Origin: an uncultured Methanoregulaceae archaeon
GTDB lineage: Archaea; Halobacteriota; Methanomicrobia; Methanomicrobiales; Methanospirillaceae
NCBI GenBank assembly: GCA_963737635.1
Contig: CAVTTL010000001.1
Location: forward strand, 928,001 to 992,000
Length of the DNA: 64,000 nt
Direction: 5' to 3'
The notes under the pieces are model-generated. The model was given only the letters and a program-made list of their open reading frames with translations, had not been told where the DNA came from and made no database searches. Positions 35,528 through 46,970 of the stretch are shown here, piece by piece. The number at the start of each line of letters is the position of its first letter. Positions within the stretch are counted from its first letter, which is position 1. A program made the translations under genes and the position numbers.

Positions 35528-36959
35528 ATGTGTGGTATCGTTGGCATCGTCGATGCTGGCGGTGTATCCATCCAGCTCTACTATGCCATGTATGCTCTCC
35601 AGCATCGTGGCCAGGAGAGCGCCGGAATATCCACGTTTGACGGGACAAGCCTGCGTAAATTCAAGGGGCAGGGTCTTGTCGCCGACGTTTTTTCACCCGC
35701 TGTTTTAAAAGATCTTAAAGGTACGGCCGGTATCGGCCATGTGCGTTATCCTACGACCGGTGCAAACCTGCCGGAGAATATCCAGCCCTTAAATTTCCAA
35801 TTCCAGGATCATTTCATATCAGTCGCCCATAATGGGAACTTGGTCAATACTTGTGAGCTCCGGCGGGAGTATGAACAGGCGGGCCAGATCTTTACGACTA
35901 CCACCGATACGGAGATCATAGCAAAAATCCTCATCGGGGAGATTAGCACTTCGGGGTGCGTTGAAGATGCAGTCCACCTCTGCATGAAAAGGATGGAGGG
36001 CTCCTACTCGGTGGCAATTATGATCGACGGGGTCATTTACGCGTTCCGCGATCCCCTTGGCATCAAGCCGTTCTGCCTCGGGAAGATCGAGAACGGGTAC
36101 ATCGTGGCTTCGGAGAGCGTTGCAATCGATGCACTCGGGGGACGGTTCCTCCGTGATGTAAAACCTGGCGAATTGATCCGGATGGATAATGAAGGGGTCC
36201 GCTGTACGCAGATTGCAGTTCCCGGCAGGCGCGCACATTGTATCTTCGAGTACATCTACTTCGCACGGGCAGATGCGATCATCGATGGAGTACTTGTGTA
36301 TGATGTGCGGCGGACCATCGGCCAGAAACTTCACGAGGAAGCACCGGTTTCTGCCGATTCTGTCTGTTCGGTGCCTGATTCCGGAACAGCATACGCGATC
36401 GGGTATGCGGAACGATCCCGGATCCCGTTTGTCGAGAGTCTTATGAAGAACCGGTATATGGGCCGGACCTTTATTATGCCGACGCAGAAGGAGCGCGAGC
36501 GGGCAGTCAGGATCAAACTCAATCCCATCCCGGCTCATCTCCGGGGGAAGTCGGTGGTTCTCATAGATGACAGTATCGTACAGGGGAACGACATCAAAAC
36601 GAATCATCGAGATGATGCGGGATGCGGGAGCCCGGGAGGTACATATGAGGATCGGATCACCGGCGATTAAGGCTCCCTGTTATCTTGGCGTGGATATGCC
36701 TACCAGAAAGGAGTTGATTGCAAGCGATAAAATGGAAGACGATGTCCGGAAATCTATAACTGCAACCTCGCTCCACCACATCTCGCTTGATGCTCTGGTA
36801 AAAGCAATCGGGTTTGATCACGATGATCTTTGCACTGGCTGCCTTACCGGCTGCTACCCGTTGCTTATCGATGGCGAAACCGCAAACCCCCGGCAAGTGG
36901 ATTTTGTGGATGGGACATTCCAATCGAAACTCGAGTCTTTCGAAGCAGAGACCACATAA
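35528..36959 (+). CDS. purF: Amidophosphoribosyltransferase; frameshift near 36581
   Basis: MCGIVG, QHRGQESAG and CIFEYIYFAR motifs; VLIDDSIV/RGTTS is split by one extra base. Confidence 0.92.
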
Positions 36960-37086
36960 TCTTTTTTATTTTTCATTCATTTTTTACGTTTAAGACTGGA
37001 ATTGCCGCGGTACTATTTTTGCCATCAATGATAATTCGTTGTATGCAGACCGGCAATGGTTGTTGAGAGGTCTTAACGGGGGGATC

Positions 37087-37764
37087 ATGGAACATATCAG
37101 GAAAGCTTTCGATGCGGTTGCAACGGAATATGATGCACAGCGTACATTTGTTATCCCTGATATGCGGAACTATTACGGGACTGCAGTCTGGGCTGCCGAA
37201 AATCCGGCCGATGCTCCGGCGATTCTCGATATTGGTGCCGGGACCGGCCTGCTGAGCGCCATGCTTCTAGAAAGATACCCATCGGCGACAATTACGTTAC
37301 TGGATATTTCGGAGAAAATGCTTGCCGTCGCCCGTGAACGATTCCGTAACCGGGAAAATGTCTTTTTCCGGAGTGGGGATTATTCCAGGGCCGATCTTGG
37401 TGGACCGTATGATCTTGTCTGTTCGGCGCTTTCTATTCATCACCTCGATTCTCACGATAAGTGCCGCCTGTTCGGTCGGGTGTATCATGTTCTTGTGCCA
37501 GGCGGGTTGTTTGTTAACGCCGACCAAGCTGAAGGAGAGACCCCCTATTTCAGTAAAAAATACCTCGCATATTGGGACGAATTTTTAAAAAGCGGGCCGC
37601 TTACGGCTCCAGAGGTTGCCGAGATCCGCAAACGCCGGGATACCTTAGATAAAAACGAGAAACTCTCGGCACAGCTCCAGTGGCTTGCGAAGGCGGGTTT
37701 TTCCGATGTCGATGTTGTCTATAAGAACCGGACATTCATCGTCACGGTGGCACGGAAAGAATAA
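37087..37764 (+). CDS. Class I SAM-dependent methyltransferase
   Basis: ILDIGAGTG, YDLVCSALSIHHL and L.PGG motifs. Confidence 0.88.
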   Translation: MEHIRKAFDAVATEYDAQRTFVIPDMRNYYGTAVWAAENPADAPAILDIGAGTGLLSAMLLERYPSATITLLDISEKMLAVARERFRNRENVFFRSGDYSRADLGGPYDLVCSALSIHHLDSHDKCRLFGRVYHVLVPGGLFVNADQAEGETPYFSKKYLAYWDEFLKSGPLTAPEVAEIRKRRDTLDKNEKLSAQLQWLAKAGFSDVDVVYKNRTFIVTVARKE

Positions 37765-37805
37765 TTGCTCCTACGCAATGACGCATTTTCATAAAAGAAG
37801 AGAAG

Positions 37806-37880
37806 TAGCGAGGGATGGATTTGAACCATCGATCTACGGGTTATGAGCCCGTCGGGATATCCTGACTACCCTACCTCGCT
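37806..37880 (-). tRNA. Initiator tRNA-Met (CAU)
   Basis: Reverse complement AGCGAGG...ACGGG CT CAT AA CCCGT AGATC GATGG TTCAAAT CCATC CCTCGCT A folds as a cloverleaf; A1-U72 pair and three G-C pairs in the anticodon stem; CCA not encoded. Confidence 0.95.
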
Positions 37881-37998
37881 TCCTATTAATCAGGGTTATA
37901 ATATAGATGGCAGGCGCAGATATACTTTACTCACCGGACAGTCGGGAAATCTGCCCTCTTCGTTAGATTCAATTAGCAGCGCTGTCTTATTCACAGAT

Positions 37999-38400
37999 AT
38001 GGATGATAATGAGCTTAACGAAATCCGCGAGAAACGAATGGCTGCACTCAAAGAGAAGATAGAATACCAGAGTGTCGCTGGTAGCGTTATCCAGATCGAT
38101 CAACAGCATATTGACGACCTCCTGCAGAAACATCCGGCACTGGTTATCGATTTCTGGGCCGAGTGGTGCGGACCATGCCGGCGAGTCGGGCCTGCAATTG
38201 AAGAACTTGCACAGGAGTTCGCGGGGAAGGTCACGTTCGGGAAATGCAACACGGATGAGAATCAGCAGCTGGCGGTGCAGCTCAATATATCCGCTATCCC
38301 AAACATTGTCTTCTTCTCGCACGGGAAAATGGTAGACCGGGTAATCGGTGCGTACCCAAAGGAAGCGATCCGGGAAAAAGTCCTCCGGAATTTCCCTTAA
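37999..38400 (+). CDS. trxA: Thioredoxin
   Basis: [10 protein letters not shown]; start moved to MDDNEL because the longer ORF overlaps the tRNA. Confidence 0.93.
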   Translation: MDDNELNEIREKRMAALKEKIEYQSVAGSVIQIDQQHIDDLLQKHPALVIDFWAEWCGPCRRVGPAIEELAQEFAGKVTFGKCNTDENQQLAVQLNISAIPNIVFFSHGKMVDRVIGAYPKEAIREKVLRNFP

Positions 38401-38444
38401 CCAGAACAGACCGGGACTGAGCCTTTTGTTAAAAATGTTATCAG

Positions 38445-38705
38445 TTATTCACAATAGGGATCGTTCGCCCATTCTTCGTAGACTTTCTTGACCGGCCTAC
38501 CGCCACGGTGGCCGCCTCCGTGCGACCGGTGGCGGGACTCTGCATGTTCTTCCTCATCTTCTGCCGCGTCGAGATTGTCGCCCGCTGGCTCCTGTGGTCT
38601 CTGTTCTTGTGCCGGACGGGGTTGCGGGTTATGGCGGTCCTGCACGTGACGCTCCTTGTCCTGATGCAGGTGGGGCGGTTGTTCCTGATGCGTCTCCTCA
38701 GCCAT
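38445..38705 (-). CDS. Small hydrophilic His/Gln/Glu-rich hypothetical protein
   Basis: 86-codon ORF filling the intergenic gap; low complexity; ends VYEEWANDPYCE. Confidence 0.55.
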   Translation of the reverse strand: MAEETHQEQPPHLHQDKERHVQDRHNPQPRPAQEQRPQEPAGDNLDAAEDEEEHAESRHRSHGGGHRGGRPVKKVYEEWANDPYCE

Positions 38706-38823
38706 GGGTATCAACTATCATACGGGTCAGAATACAGAAAAACTTATTGTTTCAGGCTCTCAGTTCATGGCCGTTCAATATTGTCCGGATAATCGATCCT
38801 CCCTGTCTGAATGGGTTCCGCAT

Positions 38824-39384
38824 TTATTCACCGGCATAAAGGGTGCCTTCCTGGATTTCAATAATGATAGCACCAAGTTCCTCGACAACCTTGAGCAGGT
38901 CCGGACCAGCAACGATCGCCGGCCTTATATTTTCGAATTCACCAATTGAGAGAACCCAGGTATTCCCCCGGATCTCAAACCGCAACAGGTTCTTTTTCCA
39001 GAGAACTCCTGCAATGATCAGGATAATACCGGCAATGAGGCACGCAGTCCCGGCAACTTCAAAGAGTGTGTTCTTCGCCAAACCGATGACTGTGATCAGG
39101 ATCCCTGCCAGGGTAAGGGCAATTCCGAAAATGACTGGTACGACACGGAACCGCGTCGATTGTACGACACCAATGCCCTTAATGTCTGCGATATTCACCT
39201 GCTGGTAGAGCGATTCTTTTTTTGGGTCAAAGAAACTCTTGATCGTAGAATAAGCGATGAACCGTTTGCTTGTTGCGGCAAGACCGATTTTGGCCCTCAC
39301 CGGATAATACATCCGCAGGCCATCATATTCTTTGATTAACGTTTCATTCTGCGCAAATCCGATAAAATTCCGAATATCCGCCAT
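38824..39384 (-). CDS. Hypothetical protein with two TM helices
   Basis: 186-aa ORF with a central hydrophobic hairpin. Confidence 0.7.
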   Translation of the reverse strand: MADIRNFIGFAQNETLIKEYDGLRMYYPVRAKIGLAATSKRFIAYSTIKSFFDPKKESLYQQVNIADIKGIGVVQSTRFRVVPVIFGIALTLAGILITVIGLAKNTLFEVAGTACLIAGIILIIAGVLWKKNLLRFEIRGNTWVLSIGEFENIRPAIVAGPDLLKVVEELGAIIIEIQEGTLYAGE

Positions 39385-39538
39385 GGCCGTACCCTTCCCT
39401 TACGATTCATTTGGTGAGCAATTATTACAAAATTGTGGTGACCAAACCCTCTTTTTCCTGCCGTTAGTGACCAGAACATAAAATGAACACCTAAATACAT
39501 CAAGGTCTCATTCGTATCATCAGATCGTTTCTGCGACC

Positions 39539-41092
39539 ATGTCCAACGTTACTACACTCCTTGACGCAAAAAGCGTACCCGAAGCAAACGCGGCACTTAT
39601 CTGCCCATCCCGGAACGAGACCTACAGCTACAAAGAACTTCGTGAGGAGATGAACCGCGTTGGACATGGTTTGGCCGGTCTTGGCATAAGAAAAGGCGAG
39701 AGGGTCTGCATCTACCTTGATAGTTCTCCTGAATACCTTATCAGCTACTTTGCAATCTGGCGGATCGGATGCGTTGCGGTTCCCACAAATAGTGTGTACC
39801 AGGCTGAGGAACTGCTGCACGTAGTAACCGATGCCACTGCATGTGCAATCATTACCGATAAACGGGGTGTCCCTATCGTAACTGAGGTTCAAAAGAAGGC
39901 CCCCTTTCTGACACAGGTCATTTGTGTTACTGATGATGGCACACACTACGGCCCCGGAGTTGTTCCGTGGTCGTCATTTCCTGGCGCATCTTCGTCAATG
40001 CGGGCGGCCAACTGTGCGATGGACGATCTCTGCCATATCCAGTATACGGCCGGCACAACCGGCAAGCCCAAGGGTGCCATGCTCTCCCACGGCAACTGGA
40101 TGACAGCGCTTGACGCCGAGCGGGAAGCCCTGCGGCTCAGGCCCGACGATGTATATCTCGGGATTTACCCGATGGGACATGTCGGGTTGTCCTGGGGTAT
40201 TTCCGTCCTGCGCGCCGGTGGGACTTTTGTGATGATGGAGCGTTTCAATGCGCCCGAATATCTATCTCTTGCCCAAAAGTACAATGTAACGGTCCTTGCC
40301 GGCATGCCTCCGGTCATCCACACGCTCACGCACAGTGACCCGGGAACGGAGAGGTACCTTAGCACGGTCCGGGTCATCATATCGGGAGGGGGGCAGCTGC
40401 TACCTTCGGTATGGGAGGCTTTCGATAAACGATATCATATCCCTGTAGCGAATTCGTACGGTCTCTCAGAAACGATCGTGATCGGTTCGGGCACCACTAC
40501 CTTACCCGAATACCCGGCACTCACCCGGAACTACCGAAGTGTGGGAGTTGCAGTGGGGTACACAGAAGTCAGAATCGTGGATGTGGACAATCCGGAAAAG
40601 GAGATGCCTCCTCTGGAGACCGGGGAGATCTCCCTCAGGGGGCCTTCCGTAGCGCAAGGGTACTGGAATCTTCCCGATGCAACAGCAGCAGTATTCCGGC
40701 ATGACGGTTGGTTTCTGACTGGTGACATCGGGTACATGGACGCTGACGGTATTCTCTATATAACTGACCGGAAAAAAGACATGATTATAATGTCGGGGTG
40801 GAAAATTTACCCGACCGAAGTAGAAAATGTGATCGTTCGCCACCCATCCGTTGCAGATGTGGCAGTTTTTGGGATTCCCGATGAGAGAAGGGGGGAATCT
40901 CCGGTCGCCGCTGTTATCTTGAAAGCCGGGACTACCCTCTCGGAAGCAGAGTTGGGATCGTTCTGCCGCATGCACCTAGCCGGCTATAAGGTCCCCCGAA
41001 GGCTCATTATCGTGGATGAGCTTCCCCGGGTACATGGCTGGAAACTCCTGCGCCGCACCCTGAGGGAAGAATTCGGCGAAATGGGTTCCTGA
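39539..41092 (+). CDS. AMP-binding acyl-CoA ligase
   Basis: YTAGTTGKPKG, YGLSET, WFLTGDIG and DRKKDMI motifs. Confidence 0.9.
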   Translation: MSNVTTLLDAKSVPEANAALICPSRNETYSYKELREEMNRVGHGLAGLGIRKGERVCIYLDSSPEYLISYFAIWRIGCVAVPTNSVYQAEELLHVVTDATACAIITDKRGVPIVTEVQKKAPFLTQVICVTDDGTHYGPGVVPWSSFPGASSSMRAANCAMDDLCHIQYTAGTTGKPKGAMLSHGNWMTALDAEREALRLRPDDVYLGIYPMGHVGLSWGISVLRAGGTFVMMERFNAPEYLSLAQKYNVTVLAGMPPVIHTLTHSDPGTERYLSTVRVIISGGGQLLPSVWEAFDKRYHIPVANSYGLSETIVIGSGTTTLPEYPALTRNYRSVGVAVGYTEVRIVDVDNPEKEMPPLETGEISLRGPSVAQGYWNLPDATAAVFRHDGWFLTGDIGYMDADGILYITDRKKDMIIMSGWKIYPTEVENVIVRHPSVADVAVFGIPDERRGESPVAAVILKAGTTLSEAELGSFCRMHLAGYKVPRRLIIVDELPRVHGWKLLRRTLREEFGEMGS

Positions 41093-41186
41093 TTCTAAAT
41101 ACACCAACCATTTTGCGACAAAAATGCAGACATCTCCAAAAACCTTTTAAATATCCGTTTAAAAATATTAGCGGGAGCGTATAACT

Positions 41187-41807
41187 GTGGACACAAGAAG
41201 CCAGATCGTTGATATTCCCATCACTGGTAAACCAAAGAGGAGATCTACCGGTATTATCGGGCTCAACCTTCTTCTGGATGGAGGGTTTCCCTCAGGCTCT
41301 ATTATCATGGTATACGGGACGCCCCTTTCCGGTGTCGATCTTGCGGCGGTACAGTTTTGGAAAGTGGAAGGCGAAGAGGGGACATACCTGATGAATGACG
41401 GAGATGTGGAGACCGGCATGCAGGATGCGTCAGATCTTCACCCCGAAATGTACCTCCCCCAGATGGTCGGTGGCAGGATCGTTATTGATTCCCTTTCAAC
41501 CATCATCATCAAGTACGGGATTGATGCCGCGCTGAAATTGATGCGACAGGGACGTGAAACCATGCGGGACCGTGGTTCAAACCTGATGATTATTGTCTAC
41601 ACCAACGTCCATACTCCGGTCGAGATGACAAGGATCATGCGTGCAGCAGATATCGTACTTGAACTCAAAACAGAGATCCACCAGACTGAGATCGAGCGTT
41701 CGCTTGCTGTGCATAAGATCCGCGACGCCGCCGCACCCCAGCGCCTCCTGCCATTTATTATCACGGATCACGGGATCGAAGCATCGACAACATCAAGAGT
41801 TGTTTAG
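41187..41807 (+). CDS. RAD55/KaiC-like RecA-fold protein with degenerate Walker A
   Basis: STGIIGLNLLLDGGFP, GTPLSGVD (no GKT), IVIDSLS and R.L.VHKIR motifs. Confidence 0.75.
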   Translation: MDTRSQIVDIPITGKPKRRSTGIIGLNLLLDGGFPSGSIIMVYGTPLSGVDLAAVQFWKVEGEEGTYLMNDGDVETGMQDASDLHPEMYLPQMVGGRIVIDSLSTIIIKYGIDAALKLMRQGRETMRDRGSNLMIIVYTNVHTPVEMTRIMRAADIVLELKTEIHQTEIERSLAVHKIRDAAAPQRLLPFIITDHGIEASTTSRVV

Positions 41808-41841
41808 AAAAGATCTTCTGATTTTGGTTTGGGGATCGGTT

Positions 41842-42744
41842 TCAAAGAGCAAGCCGCACTTCTTTTGCCGCCTCAGCCATATTTTTCAGTTTCCAGAATG
41901 CGGACTCCCGGGATCGCATACGGAGGCCGCAGTCAGGATCGACAAGCATCGACCGGGCATCAAAGACCTCAACACCTTTCTCTATACGTTTTTTAATCTC
42001 TGAAACAGACTCCACGGTCTCCGCACTTGAATTGACACAGCCGTATCCGATCATCCTCCCGGCAAGGTCCCGGGATCCGAAGAGTTCGAGATTTGCGGGA
42101 TTCTTCGAGAACTCGAAGTCCAGCACGTTTACATTAATCTTGAGGACATCGTCAATGACGTTTGCGAGGTTACCGCAGACATGCATGCAGGTTGGGATCT
42201 TTAAGGAGGTGGTAATCAGCTCGATTGCCTGTTTTCCTACGGCGAGGTCGGCCACGCCCGTGGAGAAGATAGGTTCATCGATCTGGATCAGAGTGGCCTT
42301 GGCCGCTTCAAGATAACGGGCCTCTACTGCCAGTGCGGCCGCGATATCGGGTACAAGTTCCTCCCGATCCCGGTACATTGGCGTGCTGATATGGAGGCCA
42401 TGGGCGAGCGTAGACGGGCCGGTGATAATACCCTTGACATACGGAGATTTTGAACGGGCATATTTTACATCTGCAACCGTGATGGGCCCTGATGCTGGTT
42501 GGATCTTTCCGATAACGTCCTGGCCCTTGATTCCTGGCATTTTGCCGGAAAACATCCCGATCATGTCTCCCCGGACCTGGCCATCGGAGATAATGTCGAT
42601 ACCGGCGGCAATTTGGTCAGAGACTGCGGTCTCGACCGCAGGTCCCAAGGGATCAAAAAAAGATTTCAGGCCGGTACCTTTGACTACAGGGTAACTACCC
42701 ACGACCGTCGTAGCAAGGACCTTGTTAATGAAATACGCTTTCAT
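41842..42744 (-). CDS. metE: Cobalamin-independent-type (core) methionine synthase
   Basis: TTVVGSYP, IQIDEP, HVC zinc ligands and PDCGL. Confidence 0.88.
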   Translation of the reverse strand: MKAYFINKVLATTVVGSYPVVKGTGLKSFFDPLGPAVETAVSDQIAAGIDIISDGQVRGDMIGMFSGKMPGIKGQDVIGKIQPASGPITVADVKYARSKSPYVKGIITGPSTLAHGLHISTPMYRDREELVPDIAAALAVEARYLEAAKATLIQIDEPIFSTGVADLAVGKQAIELITTSLKIPTCMHVCGNLANVIDDVLKINVNVLDFEFSKNPANLELFGSRDLAGRMIGYGCVNSSAETVESVSEIKKRIEKGVEVFDARSMLVDPDCGLRMRSRESAFWKLKNMAEAAKEVRLAL

Positions 42745-44033
42745 GGAACGAGCCGGTGCATGTCACGCGGGAATAGTACTGCTTCACGGACATTTGAAAG
42801 TCCGAGCATTGTCATGATAAGCCGTTCGGCACCAAGTCCCCACCCTGCGTGGGGCGGCATCCCATACCGGAACGGGCGAAGGTAGAACTCGAAGTTCTCG
42901 GGGTTGAGGCCCTTCTTTTGGATTTGCCGGACAAGAAGATCGTACTGGTGGATACGCTGGGCACCGCTTGAGAGCTCCATTCTCGGGTGCATCAGGTCGA
43001 ATGCTTTACAAATAGACGGATCATCCTCATACGGCATCGCATAGTAAGGGCGGATCTCGGTCGGCCAATCGGTGATAAAATAATGGCTTCCCATCTCGTC
43101 CCCAATTGAATGTTCTGCAGCAGCAGAAATGTCGTCGCCGTACTTGATCGATTCGCTGCACGTCTTCTGTGCAATCTCGATCGCTTCGCGATATGGCAGC
43201 CGGGTGAACGGAGTTTTTGGCACCGCAAAGTCCGTGCATTCGAGGTTTGCCAGCTGGTCGCTGCAGCTCCTGTTCACGTACTCGTAGGTCTTGACGATAA
43301 GCTCCTCAAGAATTTTCATGACCTCATGATGATCCGCATAGGAGACCTCGATGTCGATGCTGGTCGCTTCGTTGAGATGCTTGGTTGTGTTGTGCTCCTC
43401 GGCACGGAAGATCGGCCCAATTTCGCAAACCTTCTCAAAACCACCTGCCATCATCATCTGTTTGTAAAGTTGCGGGCTCTGGTTAAGGAACGCCTCTTTA
43501 TCGAAATATGCAATAGGAAAGAGTTCTGTCCCACCTTCGGTTGCGGCAGCGACAACCTTTGGGGTAGTGATGCCTATAAAACCTTCTTTGTGGAAGAAGG
43601 TGTTGACAGCGTGCATCGCGGCGCTACGAATCTGGAAGACAGCGGCGACCCTCGGCCGGCGCACATCAAGGAACCGGGCGTCAAGCCGGGTGTCGAGCTC
43701 TGCCCCAACTTTCTCTGAAACATCAAGCGGAAGGGGCGTTTCGGCAAGATTGATGATCTCAAAAGATTCCGGGATAAGTTCCCTTCCTCCCGGCGCCTTC
43801 TCCATTGCCTTTACTATCCCGGAAATCCGGACGACGGATTCCCTCGACACTTTTTTTGCAGCGGTGAGAACTGCTTCGGATGCCTTCTTTTTCGGGATGG
43901 TTACCTGGATGATCCCGGTTCTGTCGCGGATCAGAAAGAATGCGAGCCCCCCAAGGTCCCTGACCTCGTGGACCCATCCGCAAACTTCGGCATGGCCGGT
44001 ATCAGGTATCACTGATTGTATAGGTACACGCAT
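42741..44033 (-). CDS. aspS: Aspartyl-tRNA synthetase (archaeal, probably non-discriminating)
   Basis: [24 protein letters not shown] and [12 protein letters not shown] motifs. Confidence 0.96.
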   Translation of the reverse strand: MRVPIQSVIPDTGHAEVCGWVHEVRDLGGLAFFLIRDRTGIIQVTIPKKKASEAVLTAAKKVSRESVVRISGIVKAMEKAPGGRELIPESFEIINLAETPLPLDVSEKVGAELDTRLDARFLDVRRPRVAAVFQIRSAAMHAVNTFFHKEGFIGITTPKVVAAATEGGTELFPIAYFDKEAFLNQSPQLYKQMMMAGGFEKVCEIGPIFRAEEHNTTKHLNEATSIDIEVSYADHHEVMKILEELIVKTYEYVNRSCSDQLANLECTDFAVPKTPFTRLPYREAIEIAQKTCSESIKYGDDISAAAEHSIGDEMGSHYFITDWPTEIRPYYAMPYEDDPSICKAFDLMHPRMELSSGAQRIHQYDLLVRQIQKKGLNPENFEFYLRPFRYGMPPHAGWGLGAERLIMTMLGLSNVREAVLFPRDMHRLVP

Positions 44034-44224
44034 CAAAATCATAGTACAATGGTACGGGGGGGATAATGGATTTTATGGGAAGGATCAAGAACCGATCTCC
44101 TACGTAACCGGACCCGGGCAAGAATGATCCGATTATAGGTAACATGCACTCCCAGAACGATTCGGTGGCTTTTCATTCTTCCATCTGGATTTATCGCTAG
44201 ATCCGCGAAATATATGATGGTATG

Positions 44225-44732
44225 ATGGATCTATCCCCCCATACGTCCGGCCGCGGCGATGGCAGCATACCTGACAGAACGAAGATCCTGCTCGGTATCG
44301 TCGCCGGTATCATTATAATAGTCGCTATTGCCGCAATCCTGACCTTCACGATGACCGTCACCCCCAGTAGACTCTAGTGTAAGGCTTCCGTTTGAGACGC
44401 ACTACGCGGTCTCCTTCCCGGACGGAAATGCGGTCACGATTGGCAGCAGCCACATAGCGGTTATGGCATACAACGGTTCAATCACCACCGATGTAGATGG
44501 CGATCGAGAGCAATTGGTCACCGGTCAGACACGGATCATCAGTCCCAGGCATGCGACGATCTCGATATTTGGGGTCCCGCTTTATAATACCGATTTCCAG
44601 ATCACCCTGCAGTACCTGGGGTCGACTAGCCAAAAAGATAATTTCGATCTGACCGTAGCGACGTCGCAGAAGATACCGTCATTCCTTCTTGACCGTCTCC
44701 TTCCCTCTTCTGTGACTACCCATCAGATGTAA
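44225..44732 (+). CDS. Hypothetical membrane-anchored protein; frameshift near 44363
   Basis: N-terminal TM ORF (ILLGIVAGIIIIVAIAAIL) continues in the frame of ORF 44463-44732. Confidence 0.55.
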
Positions 44733-44773
44733 TACCGTTTTTCCGTAAAACGAAGCGATAAAAGGGATATAAT

Positions 44774-45727
44774 TTATTCTTTTTCGAGTTGCTTTTTTGC
44801 CTGTGTGAGATGCCGGATCTGATCATCGGAGAACACGGGGTACGAAAGGCTGAGCCCCCTAATTGCTGAAGTGACTGCTTCGGCAACAAAGGTGCGAGCC
44901 ATCCACTTATGATCTGCAGGCACGATAAACCACGGTGCATACGCCGATGATGTCGCAGCGAGCATCTCTTCATATGCGGCCATATATTCATCCCAGTACT
45001 GCCTTTCTGCAACGTCGGAAAAGGAGAACTTCCAGTACTTTTCCTCATGGTTGAGCCGGTCGAGCAGCCGTCGTTTCTGCTCGTCCTTCGAGATATTAAG
45101 GAAGAATTTTAAGACAATGGTGCCGTTCCGGACGAGATGCTTCTCAAAGGCATTGATATCTTTATACCTTCCCTCCCAGAACCCTTTCACGCCCGGCCCG
45201 ATTGCCTCGGGAAGTTCTTCCATGCGCTCCGGATGCACATGAACGACGAGGACGTCCTCATAATAGGAACGGTTGAATATGCCGATCATCCCACGCTCAG
45301 GGAGTACTTTTTCGTATCTCCATAAAAAATCGTGTGCATGATCCTCGGCCCCGGGTACTTTGAATGAATGAACGTCGCAGCCTTGGGGATTCACACCGGA
45401 CATCACATGCCGGATTGTGCCGTCTTTTCCCGCGGTGTCCATTCCCTGAAGTACGATTAAGATACTGTACCTGTGGGATGCTGCGAGGAGCTCCTGCGCA
45501 TCAGTAAGCTCTTGGCGATCTTTTGTCAGGAGATTTTTAAGGAAATCTTTTGTCTCTTCTTCACTTTTCGTTTTCAGGGACTCATGCTGCACCCAGCCCG
45601 TATCGTAATTTTTTAAATGGATCTTTTTTTTCGGCTCTGCAATGAACCTTTTCAGGTATTTTTTAAAGTCGGGTCCGTTAATGTCCATATCGTATGCCCG
45701 TTTCCATCTGTCCCTCTCATTGTTCAA
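44774..45727 (-). CDS. ppk2: Polyphosphate kinase 2 family
   Basis: QGMDTAGKDG Walker A, VNPQG, HDFLWR and FNRSYYE motifs. Confidence 0.93.
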   Translation of the reverse strand: MNNERDRWKRAYDMDINGPDFKKYLKRFIAEPKKKIHLKNYDTGWVQHESLKTKSEEETKDFLKNLLTKDRQELTDAQELLAASHRYSILIVLQGMDTAGKDGTIRHVMSGVNPQGCDVHSFKVPGAEDHAHDFLWRYEKVLPERGMIGIFNRSYYEDVLVVHVHPERMEELPEAIGPGVKGFWEGRYKDINAFEKHLVRNGTIVLKFFLNISKDEQKRRLLDRLNHEEKYWKFSFSDVAERQYWDEYMAAYEEMLAATSSAYAPWFIVPADHKWMARTFVAEAVTSAIRGLSLSYPVFSDDQIRHLTQAKKQLEKE

Positions 45728-45767
45728 ATTTTCCGTTCGTACCAGCGTTACTCAAAAATGTGTCCGG

Positions 45768-46361
45768 TCAGAACCAGTAATTCTTTACAAAGACTTTTGT
45801 TTTTGAGACCCGGGCGGTATAGTGATGGAGTACCAGCGGGACGATAATGATCGTAATGACTGCACTTCCGACAAACCAGGGCAGGAATGCTGACATGAGA
45901 TTGTTCCACCTGATGACCCCTCCCATCGCAAGCGAAAGCGAACCCCATGCTGCCCCGATAACGTTGTTGAGGATAACTCCGAACAGAATGAGATGGAAAA
46001 GATCGCGGCGTGATTCGATGCCTACATTCACGTCAAAGATGCGGAATGCGGCCAGCGGGATAAGCACCATCCAGAGACTGGCAAACGAGAAGTAGATCGC
46101 CACAGATGCAGGCATTCCGGAGACGAGCCCGGAACCAAAGAGGCCTCCAATATACGCGGCAATTCCTCCGTACATGCCAAACCAGAGCGTAAAGATCAAC
46201 ATGAACGCAGCACTAATCGGGATCAATGCGACTCCTGGTGAAAGAGAGGGACTGATGATATGGGAAATCAGGAGGGAAAACCATGCCAGCAATGTGTTGA
46301 TGAAAATAAGCCCAATCACAAGGATGAGAAACGAATACGTCGGACGTGTAACAGTCTTCAT
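45768..46361 (-). CDS. Integral membrane hypothetical protein (MASE1-like)
   Basis: About six hydrophobic helices; LWFG..G motif. Confidence 0.6.
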   Translation of the reverse strand: MKTVTRPTYSFLILVIGLIFINTLLAWFSLLISHIISPSLSPGVALIPISAAFMLIFTLWFGMYGGIAAYIGGLFGSGLVSGMPASVAIYFSFASLWMVLIPLAAFRIFDVNVGIESRRDLFHLILFGVILNNVIGAAWGSLSLAMGGVIRWNNLMSAFLPWFVGSAVITIIIVPLVLHHYTARVSKTKVFVKNYWF

Positions 46362-46495
46362 AAATAACCACTATCCCCATATTATCATCACCCCTAAATA
46401 GAATTTATCCTCTCTTTCCTAGAGGGATTCCTGTAAACAGAGGATTTTATGGACGCGTATCGTAATCATTGGGTAATGCCGGGGGTCACGCAACG

Positions 46496-46966
46496 ATGAT
46501 GATAATAGGAATTGATCCCGGGCTTGCACGGCTTGGCTACGGGGTGATCAGGGTGGACCGGGGCATCGCCACACCGGTTTGTTACGGCTGTATGGAGAAC
46601 CGGGCCGGGGCTCGCCCGGCAGAGCGCTTGCTGGAAATATACGACAGCCTTGTTTCCTTGTTCAATCGTTATCCCCCGGATGCCCTCGCGATGGAGAAGC
46701 TCTTTTTCTCAAAAAATATTACCTCTGCGATGGGAGTCAGCGAGGTACGGGGGATCATTTTTCTTGCCGCGGAGCAACGCCGGATACCTGTAACAGAGTA
46801 TACCCCAAACCAAATCAAGCAAGCCATCACCGGATCGGGTCGTGCTGATAAGGTACAGATGCAGTACATGATTACCCGGCTTCTTCATCTTGACGAAGTG
46901 CCACAGCCGGATGACGCCGCAGACGCCCTTTCGATTGCCTTATGTCATATCCACGTCATGAGATAG
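46496..46966 (+). CDS. ruvC: Holliday junction resolvase RuvC
   Basis: IIGIDPG, EKLFF.KN, YTP..IK.AITG.G.A.K and DDAADAL motifs. Confidence 0.95.
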   Translation: MMIIGIDPGLARLGYGVIRVDRGIATPVCYGCMENRAGARPAERLLEIYDSLVSLFNRYPPDALAMEKLFFSKNITSAMGVSEVRGIIFLAAEQRRIPVTEYTPNQIKQAITGSGRADKVQMQYMITRLLHLDEVPQPDDAADALSIALCHIHVMR

Positions 46967-46970
46967 TACT

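Noticed and set aside
35528-36959. purF, tfrA, tfrB and ubiD as true pseudogenes or programmed frameshifts
   Set aside because: Single indels with no further decay and no slippery heptamer or stimulator; best explained as assembly errors
37764-37880. Integrative element at tRNA-iMet
   Set aside because: No integrase and no duplicated tRNA 3' end seen; the flanking genes are host-like
37843-37998. N-terminal extension of the thioredoxin ORF
   Set aside because: Overlaps the tRNA and its promoter on the opposite strand; the real start is likely 37999
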